Shown: piece by piece, positions 28,346 through 42,356 of the stretch
Numbering within the stretch: position 1 is the stretch's first letter
Layout of the letters: each line of letters starts with the position of its first letter
Assembly (NCBI GenBank): GCA_951406725.2
Contig: OX597822.1
Span: 1,860,001 to 1,924,000 of the forward strand
DNA length: 64,000 nucleotides
Reading direction: 5' to 3'
Source of the DNA: Octopus vulgaris
Taxonomy: Eukaryota
The notes under the pieces: generated by a model
The model's input: only the letters and a program-made list of their open reading frames with translations
What the model was told of the DNA's origin: nothing
The model's database searches: none
Made by a program: the position numbers and the translations under genes

Positions 28346-29712
28346 GATACTAAAAGTATCTTTCAAATAACATGAACAGATTCTTCATATCTTTCCTTAA
28401 ATCATAAGCAAATTTAAATGTTTTTTAATCGGGGACTGAAACCGTTTCGCCGAAAGTTTCATGCGTTCGGCACGTTTCCATCTTATTCAAAACAATTAGC
28501 AAGTGCACAGAAAAAACCTACGACGTATATACACAGAACAGATGAAAAAATATACTCGCTTTCCCACGAACACACAGACACAAAATAGCACCTGATCGAT
28601 ATTACTGTTTTTGTTCTTTTTTTATATAAATGTATTAACGTCACGGATTTATAGCGAAAGAAAGAATACAGTAGCACGGAAAACGCATGCTTTTTCACCT
28701 GTGGAATTAAATTAAGGTACATAAAACTGAAACTTCAAATGTAAACCACGAAATCGGATGGGGTCCGTGATCGCTTTTCTGAACAAAATATTAAATGCAT
28801 CAAGGGGCCAAATCATAAAGTTATTATAATCGCATAAAAAATTCAAGCATGCAAACAATTGTGCACGCACACACTTTAAAACACACACACACACACACAC
28901 GTACACAGTTTAACACACAGTAACACACACACGCACACACACATGTACAACTTCTAATTCCCTCTTTCTATCACAACTGTTCGTGTTTACTTATTTACAT
29001 GTAAGAATGAAAGCATATATAATGCATATTCGCGCGTATATACACAAACCTATAAACATGCTCGCATATTACATGCATATATACCCGCATATACGCATGC
29101 ACATACCCAGAGCTAGTCATACATACATAAACTTAAACATGCACATTCTATACAATATTACATCTACGTGGAAAACATATGTATTCAACGTATCTCCATC
29201 ACCTAGATATTAATCTACATATTTCTAACTGTATATACTCTCACACAAACACACCCGCATATATACATGCATACATGCACACATACACACATACACACAT
29301 ACACATATACATATAGAACTATGTGCAAACACACACACACACACACACAGACACACACAAATGGAGACACATATGCATATCAGTATTTTTATAGGCATAC
29401 ACGTGCGCATGTATTTCTGTGTGAGTGCGCGTATATATCTGTGTGCACGTGTGTGCGTGTGAACGATCCAATTGCGATCCAATAGAATCGTTTAGGTCTA
29501 TTGTTTCAATCATGTGATATCGACATAAAGGGACGCTCGTCTCTCCAGAACTACATTGCACTGACGTCATCTTCACAGAAACTGCGCAGTTCCTTAGATG
29601 TACACACCTTTCCTTTATTCAAACAGACTGATGAGCAGAACACACGGAAGCTTATACATTCATGCATTCACACATATGTACATACCTAACTACATATATA
29701 TATATATGTGTG

Positions 29713-29744
<32 letters not shown>

Positions 29745-29899
29745 CGTGTGCGTGTGTTTGTATATAGATATAGAGTATATATGTAGACGTGTATAAATAC
29801 ATATAAACATATGCATATGTTTATATGCATTCATATATAGACAATATACATATACAAAGATAAAAATGTGTATGCATGCGTGTATATATATATACATAC

Positions 29900-29991
<92 letters not shown>

Positions 29992-30189
29992 CATGCTCGC
30001 TTAGCCAGCGGGATGGCATCATTTTAAGGCTAAAACGATGCGAAGCGCATTGTTACCAGCGATGTGCAGCAACATCTTATAGCCTGGTCGGTCACGGTGA
30101 TCACAGTTATATATATATACGTATGTTTTACTCATTATCTTTTATTAAACTTTTAATACTTTTGATATATATTTAAAATAATATAAATT

Positions 30190-30256
30190 AATTAATTTTA
30201 TGTATTGGCTTAAGTTTTTCATTGTTTGATTTGCCTAATAGTGGTTTTATCTCTAA

Positions 30257-30320
<64 letters not shown>

Positions 30321-30560
30321 AATATTAGGGAATAAATCCAAATTTACAGGGAAAAAAATCAGATTTAGGATTATATCCAATTTTATATAAAATATTATAA
30401 AATATTATTAGAGACAAAACCACTATTTTGCAAAACAAACAAGGAAAGACTTAATCAATACATAAAATTTTAATAAATAGTCAAAAAAACCGCCACTACA
30501 ATTGTTTCTTGTCTTGATCGACAATCTTCAGGTGGACTTCCAATAAGTCAGTTTCAAATT
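30190..30560. mobile_element. Inverted PLE pseudo-LTR-like pieces around (TA)n
   Basis: Tail block at 30197-30258 (+) is repeated in reverse at 30408-30468, followed by a minus-strand HHR. Confidence 0.65.
30493..30535 (-). ncRNA. Type I minimal hammerhead ribozyme, intact core
   Basis: Minus strand ccac CTGAAGA ttgtc-gatcaa-gacaa GAAAC aatt GTA gtgg; 5-bp stem II, palindromic stem III ACAATTGT. Confidence 0.87.
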
Positions 30561-30769
30561 ATATTTATATATTTATATATATATATTTATATATATATGT
30601 GTGTGTATGTGTGTGCGTGTTTGTGTCTGAGTGTGTGTGTCTCTCTCTCTGTGCGTGTATGTGTGTTTGGGCGGGTGTCTATGCATGCATTTATATGTAT
30701 ATGTGTCTATGAAGATCTTTATTTATATGTATATACAGATATGTATATATTTATGCAAAGGCAGCATCT

Positions 30770-32160
30770 GCTAGATGTCCTTACCAAGAATGCGTACTTT
30801 GATTGTCTCGCTTCTGTCTTATTAGCAGAAGAAAATCTGCCGAGACTGTTGAGAGGAACGCGAGAATGGTGACCCCCATAAGAGTATCTGCAAATGTAGT
30901 CATTGCCGGTCATTCATCCTCAGATATGATTTTCGTTTTTCCCAAACAGCGATTTTCCCTGTGTAGTAAGCATCAACTTATCCTTTTGTTCTGACACTTC
31001 TGTGTAGCTGCCACCTCAAACAAGAGCGCACCTTTGCAATATTTCCTCACCTTCTGAAATTTATGGTCAGCAACTTCATATTTCTGTTATAAGAGAGCTC
31101 AGGTGTTACCCACAAGTGTTGGGTGAACTTTGTATTAACAAGCCATGGACTACTTCCGTTACTTCGGGTCTTTGATATGTTGTGTACGTTGACCAACCAA
31201 CAGAGAGCTTATCCTTTGACTTAATGAATGGGATGTATTTTCTGGCTATTGGTCTTTGCTAGCATTGTTGTACTGCTTTCTTGAAGCGCAGTGAGTGTAC
31301 CGTAATAGAAACCTGATGCCGCAGTGAACTAGACAGCTTTTCGTGCTCGAGTTAGAACTTCGAAAATATCAACTGACGACCAGATATGCAAACTGATGGC
31401 GTCTTGTTATTATTAAAGCAAGTTGGTGCTGGTTTTGTAATCAATCACGTGCTAGTTTGTGCATCACATTGTGATGAACTTTGCTCTGGAAATAAATGTT
31501 GGAGACATAATTAGTGGAGCATGCAAAACAGCCGCTGTCCATTATCATTAACGACGTCTGTCCAATATCACCGTAAATAGCTTGACCTGAAGGCCTGGTT
31601 GGCATCTATTCTTATACAAAAGTCATCAGCGGCAGTAACTTTCCTGAATTTGGATATCCTCTATTATTGTCGAGAGCTTTTGCTTCGAATGTAGAATACA
31701 GACTTTGATCATTGCAACAAAGTTCAAAGAAACTCCAGGTGTATGGATACGAATTAAAGACTATATCACCGCGAATTTACTCATTCATTTTCTACAGCAC
31801 TGAGTCCTTCACAGCAACGCTGACGCGTCATGCTTTCTGGTGTCGTCAGATTCCTTTACCAATAAGACACTAGTTTCTCTCACATATAACGCACACATTT
31901 CTGTGAAACACTGACCCTTCAGACATGCAAGTAAAAGACAAACAGTTAGATTGCTATTTTTCGTGTTGTTCTCGTGGAGAGACTGTCCTCTGTGTCTGCT
32001 TGGTGGGTAAGTACCAATAAAGCTACGCCAGTGAGAATGTCGTTCTGCATTCATCCTCGGGTTTAATCCTGAATCCCTTTCTATGGGTTTGGTATGGTCG
32101 CAGAGCAACAGTTCTCTTTGACATATATTCAAACTGTCACGTGTTACGTTTACGTCAACA
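30770..32160 (-). mobile_element. Highly decayed RTE-type LINE relic (endonuclease region)
   Basis: Minus-strand traces in the expected order: KPEDECR..TGVAL, FELCCN, FQSKVH..MH..*HVIDY, CISGRQLIFSKF (CWTDHRLIRSKL equivalent). Confidence 0.45.
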
Positions 32161-32227
32161 CGGATTTTGCAATACCAGCGCTCGCCTTTGTTCCTTCTGC
32201 TCTTCCCTCTCAGTATAAACAACTCAT

Positions 32228-32412
32228 TTTTATTATAGGCACAAGACCTGAAATTTCGGGGAGGTGGCCAATCGACCCCAGTACGCAACTGGTACTTAAT
32301 TTATCGACTCCGAAATGATGGAAGGCAAAGTCAACCTCGGCGGTATTTGAACTCAGAACATAGCGGCAGACGAAATACTGGCGTGCTAAAGATTATGCCA
32401 GCTAGCTGCCTT
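32228..32412 (-). mobile_element. SINE family B
   Basis: ctggtacttaatttatcgac..ggcaaagtcaacctcggcggtatttgaactcagaac. Confidence 0.85.
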
Positions 32413-32736
32413 AAAGTACAAACAACTCCGACCTCCCAAGAGTCCAAGCTATGTATAAGATCATGGGTCTAACTTATTTGTCACAGTCTATTTCGAATGC
32501 ATGCTATAAGGACCAGCTGTTAGGTTGTGGGAGCTTCACAACTGCCAATTTCGGTTGATTAATCTTGAAATTGCTCCAATCTGGCCAGCCCCAAGGAAAA
32601 ACTAAGCTAAGAGCATTAGATTCCTTGGAAAAAAAGCATCGAATGTATACGAAACAAGGACGGAAAAACGGACGATGTTACACGAATATAAATACAAAAT
32701 AATACAAAAAAAAAAATAATAATAATAATAATAATG

Positions 32737-32802
<66 letters not shown>

Positions 32803-33271
32803 GGACAAACCAACAGGGGTCTTTCAACTGGGGACCAATTGAATTCAGCTGGCGTGTTGGGAATTAAGTTCTATGGCAGAGGGAAGAATATCGATGTGGC
32901 ATTGACCGTGGTCAAAGGCAAAATGTGCTAGCAGTCGGCCAATGGTCACGTGAGAAGAGAAGAGAGAGAAAAAGAGGACCAAATGAATTAAGGAGCGGAG
33001 AAAAGAGAGAGAGAGAGAGAGAGAGTGAGAGAGAGTGTGTAACAGTATATAGACGGAAGAATCAATATATATATATATATATATATAATGGAACAAAAGC
33101 GCAATAGAGGACGATAAAACATTCGGATGCGGATAGATGGACGATACAAAGGCGGACAGTCGAAGCAACGATTAGAAGGAAAGTGAAGGAAAGGATGAGT
33201 CTTTCGTGGCATTCTATATATATATGGCGGTGCCCCAGCATGGCCACAGCTCGATAAAATACAAAATATAA

Positions 33272-33322
<51 letters not shown>

Positions 33323-33450
33323 GGCCTGCTCGTTTAGCCAGCGAGTTGGCGTCATTTGAAGGCTAAAACAATGCGAAGCGCATTGTGACCAGCGATGTGT
33401 AGCAACATATGATGGTCTGGTCGGTCACGTGATGGTGATGTTGATATATA

Positions 33451-33488
33451 TTTATAATCTGATATGACATGATCTGTTTATTTACCTC

Positions 33489-33529
<41 letters not shown>

Positions 33530-33561
33530 ATCTGATATGACAAGATCTGTTTATTTACCTC

Positions 33562-33568
<7 letters not shown>
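33451..33568. repeat. 45-bp direct duplication separated by (TA)n
   Basis: tttataatctgatatgaca(t/a)gatctgtttatttacctctttctaa at 33451-33495 and 33524-33568. Confidence 0.9.
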
Positions 33569-33631
<63 letters not shown>

Positions 33632-35006
33632 GCATCAGTAATAAGGAGAAATGAGATTTGCACATCGATAATTTATTTTACAGTTATTTAAGCGTATTAC
33701 CATGATCTACATGCGTTTCCACTGCAGAGACTGCACACTGTTACAGATACAACATTGCAATATTGTCGGTGCAGTTTCATCATGGTTTCTTTGCCTTAGG
33801 TCCGTTTCAAATTAAAATGGATGAAGAAAATATTTGTTGCTTAGCGTTCAGTAGAATGTAAGGATATTGCTATTTACAGAAACTTGACATAGAGCTTACC
33901 TCTGACGTAGTTGTAGGTGTAGCATGATCTTAAAATAGCAAGGTTGTGGCAATCGTTTTTGAAGTGTTCTTAGTATTTCTTAATAATGCTATATCTGCTG
34001 AATGTGTAACCACTTACAGCCATTCATTGCTGGTCATTCTATAGCATGATCTTCGTTTTGTTTTAATTTCAGCTCAAGTCGGAGTGTTAGTGGCAGACCA
34101 ACCCGAGCACTTATTTTACATACCTCATACATTAAACGCAATTTTACACACAAACACACACATGCACACACATATTCACATACACACACTCACACACGTG
34201 TGTGCGCGCGCATAAGAGGTCGCTATTGGTAACATGTAACCCACTACAACTTGTTGAACGGGTGGGTCGTGCGACTTAACTGGCAACCTCATCAAGCTGG
34301 CTTGTTGAAGAGGGTAATTGATGGACACCCTGCAGGACGAAATATAAAACCTGTCAAAGGGCAGAAGAGCTCTTGAGTAGTGAGCTGCCATCCAACAATA
34401 TCTATATATATATGTATGTATATATGCTTGTATGTATGCGCAGGGACGTGGAAATAACTGGGTTGTTGTCCAGGCACGCGGTTGATCCACTGGGAGTGGG
34501 AAGCGCCGATGTTGTTGTCACAACATCTCTCTAGGAAAGGGAAACTCTGAGAGAAAATCTGCGACACTGATAATTTTCGATTATGTAGACTAGTTCTTCT
34601 CGAGTTTATGTTGTACATGTTCAGAGAGTGGGATTGGATTCGTGTAATGCCTTTCCCTACTATAAAACAAATCCCCACGCACAGGTATCGCTTGGAAAAA
34701 AAGTAAGACCTATCACAAAAATGGCTGGTAGCCTTTGCATATACGGGACATTCGATAAGGTGATGGTAATGCTCGAATACAAGTTTGCAGCTATGATATA
34801 TATATATATATATAATCGTTGGCGATTTTTTTTCCTCTGTCTTCTCTTCTCTGGATCTTTCCTTCTCCTATATTTCCGTGGAAGAGCTCCGCTCGCAACG
34901 TTAAGTCCTCCTTCTTTCCTTCTTTCCTGAGCGTCCAATAATACTATATTTGTTCCACGTCCTCGCGTTGTTGTGTTTTTTGTGCTTTCTTGTTTGGATT
35001 AACTTC

Positions 35007-35062
<56 letters not shown>

Positions 35063-35066
<4 letters not shown>

Positions 35067-35320
35067 GTAATATGTGACAATTATTCGGTAGCCAACATAA
35101 AACTCCGAATTTCGGATGCCGAGGTGGAAATCCCCGCCATCATCTTTTCAGTTATCCGGCCATCGGAAAAATGCTATCTGCCATAATAAAACTTTTGGAC
35201 AAAAGATAGCGTTTTTCCGATGGTCGGATAACTGAAGAGATGGTGGCGTGGATTTCCACCTCGACATCCGAAACTCGAAGTTTTATCGTAACTACCGAAT
35301 AATTGTCACATATTACATTT
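35063..35320. repeat. Long palindrome (~117-bp arms, ~25-bp spacer) made of two head-to-head HHR-bearing units
   Basis: aaatgtaatatgtgacaattattcggtag..gctatct versus agatagc..ctaccgaataattgtcacatattacattt; related fragment at 23970-24050. Confidence 0.9.
35227..35287 (+). ncRNA. Hammerhead ribozyme with extended stem II
   Basis: gataa CTGAAGA gatg..catc c GAAAC tcgaa GTT ttatc; 5-bp stem I gataa/ttatc. The mirror copy on the minus strand (~35098-35158) has CTGAAAA/GAAAT mutations. Confidence 0.75.
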
Positions 35321-35396
35321 ACAGATAAATTCCTCTATTTACATAATATCGAGGTTTCTTTCTTTTGTTATCTTACCGTTTTTATCAATATATATA

Positions 35397-35460
<64 letters not shown>

Positions 35461-35634
35461 CAAAGATGCAGAAACGACGTACTTCGAATGAATGAAAAAG
35501 TAACGTAATGGAAGGGTAGAGTAACCGGTAATCCATGAACCGGTTACTCAAAACAGAACAGTCGGAAAGACTTGAACGGTCCGTGTGAGCGTGAAGTAAA
35601 ATGCCAATTCAAATAAACGAATAAAAAAACGAGA

Positions 35635-35820
35635 GAAACGAACGTGATGACGTGCAGAAGAAATGTACGTTCGTTGGAAAGAGAGAGTTTGACGTTTGGA
35701 GCACTAATCTTGGTCGGATTATCGTTTAGGACGAAGAGCTATGCTCGAAATGTGAAACTCTCTCCTTTCACCGAGCTTCTACTTATACATTCCTTGTGCA
35801 CATGTTCACATGGATTATTT
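35635..35820. mobile_element. Head-to-head inverted pair of degenerate P1-like HHR repeats
   Basis: Plus ggacgaagagctatgctcgaaatgtgaaactctctc; minus ccgaccaagattagtgctccaaacgtcaaactctctc, with continued downstream homology. Confidence 0.55.
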
Positions 35821-38172
35821 CTTACAAAAATAGATAAAATAAAAAATATGTATAAAATAAAAGAAGGAAAACAGCACGCGGTTTACATATCTCTAATATA
35901 ATTTAAACATAAGGGATTGCAGGGTCGAAAATTCCGTTCCCAAAACTTATAATATTTTGATAAGTTCCATGTTCGAAAGTCATGACTTTGGAGTCACTTA
36001 AATAAGTTTTTGTCAATTAGTGAGATTAATATATATACTCATTTATTGAGTTTTATTTGCCTTTTTGGTTTTACTAAAACTATAAACACACATACACACG
36101 CGCACATACACACACAGAGGCATCACACGCACACACATACACGCACAGTCACACATCCATTTACACATAACACCTAAATTGGCAATATAACTCTATACCC
36201 CTTTGCGCTAGGTATTAGAGCTTGTAACCCCTAATCATAATTTCTTCAAATTGACACTTTGGTAAGTATTCAAATCTTTCAATTATGAACATATAAAGAT
36301 GGGTACTTAAGCTCAAATTTAAAGAGAGACCGGATTTCGTTGACATTTAATATTTTTTGTACATCATCCAAATTGTTTAGAATTGAAAATCGAAAAGCTA
36401 GTGAAATAATCTGATTACTTATGATTCCCGTCAAATGACATCTTCAACGTCTGCTAAAATATAACAAACGCTATTAACGTTCACTTGGATACATCATGTC
36501 GTTAAACAGATAACGGGATGATTGACTTAAATGTTTTTGATTATATCATGGCTCTGCTTGATCAGAGTTTAACAGAAACTAAAGGAAAAATCACAATACT
36601 GTGATATATTATGGTTAAAAATCGAGACAGATGAATACGAAAATCACAACGCTGATTCTTTTCTATCTATATTAATTGTTTTCTCGTTAATTGATAATGA
36701 AATATTATTAGCGTGCATTTTATGTAATATGTGAGACTGGAATATATTTGAATTCATATACAGGTATATTAGAAATACTCCAGGCTGTTCGATGTATTAC
36801 TGAATATATAGATACGGTAACATATGAGAATAGACACAGAAATTAATATGCACACATGTACTTGTTGAACAGCACATGTTACCGTAATTAATAAATATAT
36901 GTTGCGAAATATTCAGAATAATACTGTGCTGATGTATCGATTTTCGTTTGTCAGGAAGCAATTTATTCTTCATTGCTTTCATCATTAAAAAAAAAGAAAT
37001 TGAAAATCGGACATATTATCTTGGTGTCACCTATTGTGTTAACTGTAAATGATAAATGAGTTGAAGTGAATTAAGGTGTCAGGATTGACTGAAGAAATGT
37101 ATGATGTCATAACGCAAGCGACGCGCTGATTGGCTACAGCAAATTGCTTAAGATTACGAAGGGATTTATGGATTACAATAATAATAGCAAAGGTATTCTT
37201 TGAAAATTTTTCATATTACGACTCAATAAAATAGTGAATTCAGTTCATTTAAACGGTTATTATACATATAAATAGCAAAAACAAGGTGGCCAGGGTCTCA
37301 CTTAGATTGAAAGAATGCAATAAATTTAAGCGTCTTGCAAAGAAAACGCTTATAATTAATTAGTCACCAGTTTCAGTAAATTTATTAGTCTCTCGTCAAT
37401 CCATAACAACTTTATTCATTAAATCATTATGTATTCTTTCAAACTGGTTTGAGCGAGATGAAGTTATTCTTTCTGACATGTCAATCTATGCATTGACTGT
37501 TGTCGTTGTCGTCGTTGTTGTTGTTGTTGTTGTTGTTGATGATGATGATGATGATGACGACGACGAGGACGATGATGGTGATGATACTTTTTTGTTTCAA
37601 AGCCCCAGGTGAACTCTAACTGAACAGAGTTATTCCAACCGTAACTATCATGTCTTCTAATTTAAAACGGTAGAGAATAAATTGAGGAAGATTTGCTACT
37701 ATTTCTTACTGATACAGTAATTATGCATAGGTTGTCTCGTTGTTCCAAATGTTGAGCTGTTGGATGGTGAAATGAAGATGGATATATAATACAAAATTAA
37801 ATCACATCGCTAGATATCTGGCGCGCAACTTAGATATATCATATGCTAATAAGCTCCACTAGACGTCAGTATAACATATGACATCTCAATAAAATTAACC
37901 AGACCAGACTAAACAGTTCTACATGTCAGCAAGCACATTAAATTCCATCACATGTCAATGACCTTTACCCTGTATCAGTAAGCTGTTACACATCTATGCA
38001 GCTTCGGTGTCGTTTATGATGAATAAAATACCTCTAGATGGGGCTACTATAGACAGCAAAGGAGGACCATTCCAGTATATCTTCGTCTCACCTTATTTAC
38101 TGATAAATTTTCGCGTGGTACCTATATAATTATTGGATCATGAGATATTGTTACGCTATTAATAACATAGCT

Positions 38173-38345
38173 AAGGCGGGAAGCTGGCAGAGTCGTTAGC
38201 ACGCCGTGCAAAAGGCTGAGCGGTATTTCGTTCGTCTTTATGTTCTGAGTCCAAATTCCGCCGAGGTCGACTTTGCCTTTCTTCCTTTCGGAGGTTGATA
38301 AAATAAGTATAAGTGAAGCATTGAGGCCGATGTAGATGACTTACC
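38173..38345 (+). mobile_element. SINE family B
   Basis: aaggcgggaagctggcagagtcgttagc..gaggtcgactttgccttt. Confidence 0.85.
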
Positions 38346-39862
38346 CCCCACCCCCACCCCAGCAACAACATGCTAGAAGTTCCCAGCTCGGAGTGCCCAC
38401 TCCCCTTGAAGGTGCGAGATGGCATCGCAGCGTGTACAACAAAAGCAGAAGCACATAATTTATTAAAATCGATTTTCAGGATAAAATGGAGCAAAAGCTA
38501 AAATAAACTTTATTAGAAACACTAAGAACATAATTTTCTACATATTCAGATTTTACCCTTAAGACATTGTGACAAACACGTTCTGATATCGTTTGTAGCA
38601 TCTTGCTTGAGTGAATGTAAATCTAATTCTCTGTTTTTTAATCAAGACAAACGCTAAGAAAACCCTGAATCTACTGGCAAAACTGCAGATTCAGGCAGTC
38701 AGAATGTCTCACGATTTGATAAAATCTTGATAACAGAACAGGAACATAGGCATCATTGAATTCTATGTTCACAATTATGATTTCACTGTTAAGAGGCTTT
38801 CTGTTGTCTACTTGCTCGGCTAACATTTTCATTTTAAGCCCAAGCTCAAATGTAATTGATTTAGTTTAATTTATTCACCCACAACAATGTATGTGGTTCA
38901 ATTTAGATAAAAAGCAACAGAAAATTTTCTTTGGACAATTCCTTATTATCTTTCTCTTTTTTAGTTTCAAACTAGATTTTAATTTTGTTGGCCGTAAGAA
39001 AATAAACCACACATTTTCTAAGGGTCGGAAAACAGCTGAGAAATTGGTTTAAATGGAGATCATTTACTAATATTAGATTGTAATTAAAATATTTCCTATG
39101 TTTGTTTAATGGTTCTCAAAAATACACTAATTAAAATAACAATACATATACACAACGTAGATTTACTGAATGAGAAATTTTAGCTGTCAACACTTCGGTG
39201 GAATTAATTGGCTGTAATTCTTGACGTATTATATTCATTACCTGATAACATTACAGATCACATCATTAATAATATAATAAGCGCGTAATGTTTTATATTA
39301 TATTATAAATGCAAAATCCAACATTTCAGAAATTTGCCAACATTAATCTCAGTAATTATATTTTTAATACTTAAGTCTCGTTTATCACTTTAGTAATAAT
39401 AAGCAAAGAGCAATCAGTAATGCATATAATAATTCCAATCTATCACAGATCTGATACACATTAATTTCGTCAACACTTTCTGTAACTAATCTAATTTTGT
39501 GTAGGATTTTATGATATAGAAAGTATATTACGTCCATATTAATATCCTACAGTTCACTTATATCTATATGGTGAATGATATATTAAGCTGGATCAAGAAT
39601 GTTACAGCAAATAAGTCTTGCTTAGATTTTAGATAATCTATGCTACCTAAATCAATATATACGCCGCGTTTGCAGCTGGGTTAATCAAAGCTTCGAATGA
39701 AACAACACCACGTGTTCAATTACCAACTGGGCTTTGATTTCATGATTGTTCAGTGATTCGGTGTTCAGTATACTGAGCCGAACTACACTCATGCGCGTGC
39801 AAGTGCATATTTGTGCGTTTGTGTGTGACCATATATATATTATATTATGTTATATTATATTA

Positions 39863-40058
39863 CTCTTCGTTCTTCGTGAGCGGAAAAGACCACCCGGAAG
39901 ACCTCCACGACGGTGGAGTGACGATTTCAAGAGGACAATTGGGATCAAGTGGATGAGAAAGGCGCGATCCTGAGAGGAGTGGACAGCGTGCTGTGACCAG
40001 CGGTGTCAAATGGACGCCTGGCGGACTGGTAGGTCAAAGTGATCAAAGTCAAAGTGAT
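39863..40058 (+). mobile_element. Short 3' end of an RTE LINE inserted in a (TATAT)n tract
   Basis: RKRPPGRPPRRWSDDF..KWMRKARS*EEW (RTE C-terminal KRPRGRP..RW motif); short tandem tail tcaaagtga-tcaaag-tcaaagtga. Confidence 0.8.
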
Positions 40059-40134
40059 ATTATATTATATTATATTATAATATATTAATGTCTATGTATA
40101 TATATGCATACACACACACGTATTTATATATATA

Positions 40135-40512
40135 TTACTTGTTTCAGTCATTTGACTGCGATCATGCTGGAGCACCACCTTTAGTCGAACAAATCGACCG
40201 TAGGACATATTCTTTGTATACCTTGTTACCTATTCTATCGGTTCCTGTTGCCGAACTTCTAAGTTACGGTGACATAAACACACCAACAACAGTTGTAAGC
40301 GACGGTGCGGGAACTAACACAGATGCACAAACATATATATATATATATAAGACAGGCTCCTCTCAGTTTCCGTCTACCAAATCCATACTCAAGGATTTGG
40401 TCGGCCCGAGGCTATAGCAGAAGACACTTGTCAAAGGTGCCACGCAGTACGACTTAACCCAGAACTATGTGGTTGGGAAACAAGCCTTTTACTACACAGC
40501 CACGCCTGCGCC
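40135..40512 (-). mobile_element. SINE family A, full length
   Basis: Reverse complement from tail ttacttgtttcagtcatttgactgc to head cacagccacgcctgcgcc|tata. Confidence 0.88.
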
Positions 40513-40522
40513 TATATATATA

Positions 40523-40593
<71 letters not shown>

Positions 40594-40644
40594 ATGGTAT
40601 TATTACAACACCATCGCAAGTGGTAGGCGAGTTATCAGCTGTAC

Positions 40645-40707
<63 letters not shown>

Positions 40708-40719
40708 TATATATCTATT

Positions 40720-40895
40720 TGTGTGTGCCTTTGTGTCAGTGTTATCCCTCATCACCGCTTGACAACCGCTGTTGGTGCCTTTACGTCCCCGTAACCTACT
40801 GGTTCGTCTAAAGACCGACAGAATAATTATTAGGTTTAAGAAATAAATCCTGGGGTCAATTGGTCCGATTAAAACCCTACAAAAGATGTAAAAGA
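40720..40895 (+). mobile_element. SINE family A 3' half
   Basis: cgcttgacaaccgctgttggtg..acgtccccgtaac..cctggggtc. Confidence 0.75.
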
Positions 40896-41253
40896 ATGCA
40901 CACACACACACACACACGCACACACACACACACACACATACAAATATATATATATATATTAATATAGGCTTAATATTCGGTCTCTGGAGCCAGACTGACA
41001 ATGTTGATACTTATTTACAGATGTTTGGGGAGAAATCATAAGTGTATCTAATCTCGAGATCAAGTCTAACTAGAACTTGCATAAGTTCAGTGAAGTTTCA
41101 CGCAAACCAAAATAAAGTAATATCAGGAAAACAAACCAGCGGACAAGATCTGGAAGCAGGACCATAAGGACAAAACGAAATCTAATCTAACATAGAATTT
41201 CCTTCAACATTTCACCCACAAAATTTCCATTTGCTGACGCCTCTGTATGAATC

Positions 41254-41297
<44 letters not shown>

Positions 41298-41341
41298 TGT
41301 GTTTACATTCCACTAGCACACACAGACACACACACATATAA

Positions 41342-41376
<35 letters not shown>

Positions 41377-41534
41377 CGTGCCTCAACATAAGTACCATAT
41401 TCATCTGAATCTAAGTATATAGATATTTTTACCGTTTACCTATATCTTCATTTCGTCTTTTTATATCACCAAAGAAGCCAACTTCTCTCATATAATACAC
41501 AGACACACTTATATATATATATATATATATATCG

Positions 41535-42356
41535 GTTGTTTAATTGCAAGTTCACTCATCACTTCATCGAATTGTTTGGTATATACATCCGCTGTAATTG
41601 ACTTACCAAGTTGTAATGGATGATACCAGCCCTGGGCCACCGAACAGGCACCATTAGCATTTTTGAGTGAATATTTGTGTTTGGATTGTGTTTAGACACT
41701 TCCTCTCTTGCCAACCCTCGTCCAGAACGCATGTCATTGTTGAAAAGAATCAAATTTGTATCACACATAACAATACAATGCAAAAGTGTTTTGCTTTTAT
41801 GCCGTGACATGAAAGAACAGCAAGATTCCAAGACGATGCTCACCCAGTTCGTGTCGCACCCACTTGTCTAGCTGTTTTACCATGCCGATTTGTTTCACAT
41901 GGTCCAATACAGTTGGAATCGAAACAACAAACCTTGCTGCTAACTCACGCGTAGTTTGAGATGTATCCGCTTCCACTTGCAGTTGCCAGCTCATCATTAT
42001 CCACCTTGGTCTCAGCTCTAACACGAGGCTAATTGTCTAGAGTAAAGTCACCAGAGCGGAACTTCTCAGACCACCGACATACGGTGCGCTCATTCGCCAA
42101 ACATCTCATCGATGTTTCGAGCTGAGATGCCTTGGCTTCACGACGGGACTTATCTTCATAAACAGCACGAAATTTTTATTTATTCATGGGTTCACAAAAA
42201 TTCATTTACAAGAGAAAACTGAATTGCATTTCGAAAATTCATGGTGCAACTCTTCACAGTTGTAAAGCCAAGAATTGTCAGGATAAAACATTAGAGTTAA
42301 AGACCGTCAAATTTGGTGCAGAAGAAAATCGGACATTTCATTCTTAATGACCTGAT
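41535..42356 (-). mobile_element. Decayed, 3'-truncated mariner (cecropia/Hsmar1-like by motif appearance)
   Basis: ATG at 42187; ERTVCRWSEKFRSGDFTL, VEADTSQTTRELAARF..LDKWVRHEL (WVPHEL equivalent), IVMCD, GIIHY; putative TIR tatcaggtcattaagaatgaaatgtccg at ~42329-42356. Confidence 0.88.

Noticed and set aside
28433-28482. Minus-strand gccgaa/ttcggc hairpin followed by GAAAC
   Set aside because: No CUGANGA box upstream; at best an unrecognisably decayed HHR.
32938-32953. CCAAT next to GTCACGTGA E-box as a promoter
   Set aside because: Short motifs without an associated gene or transcript evidence.
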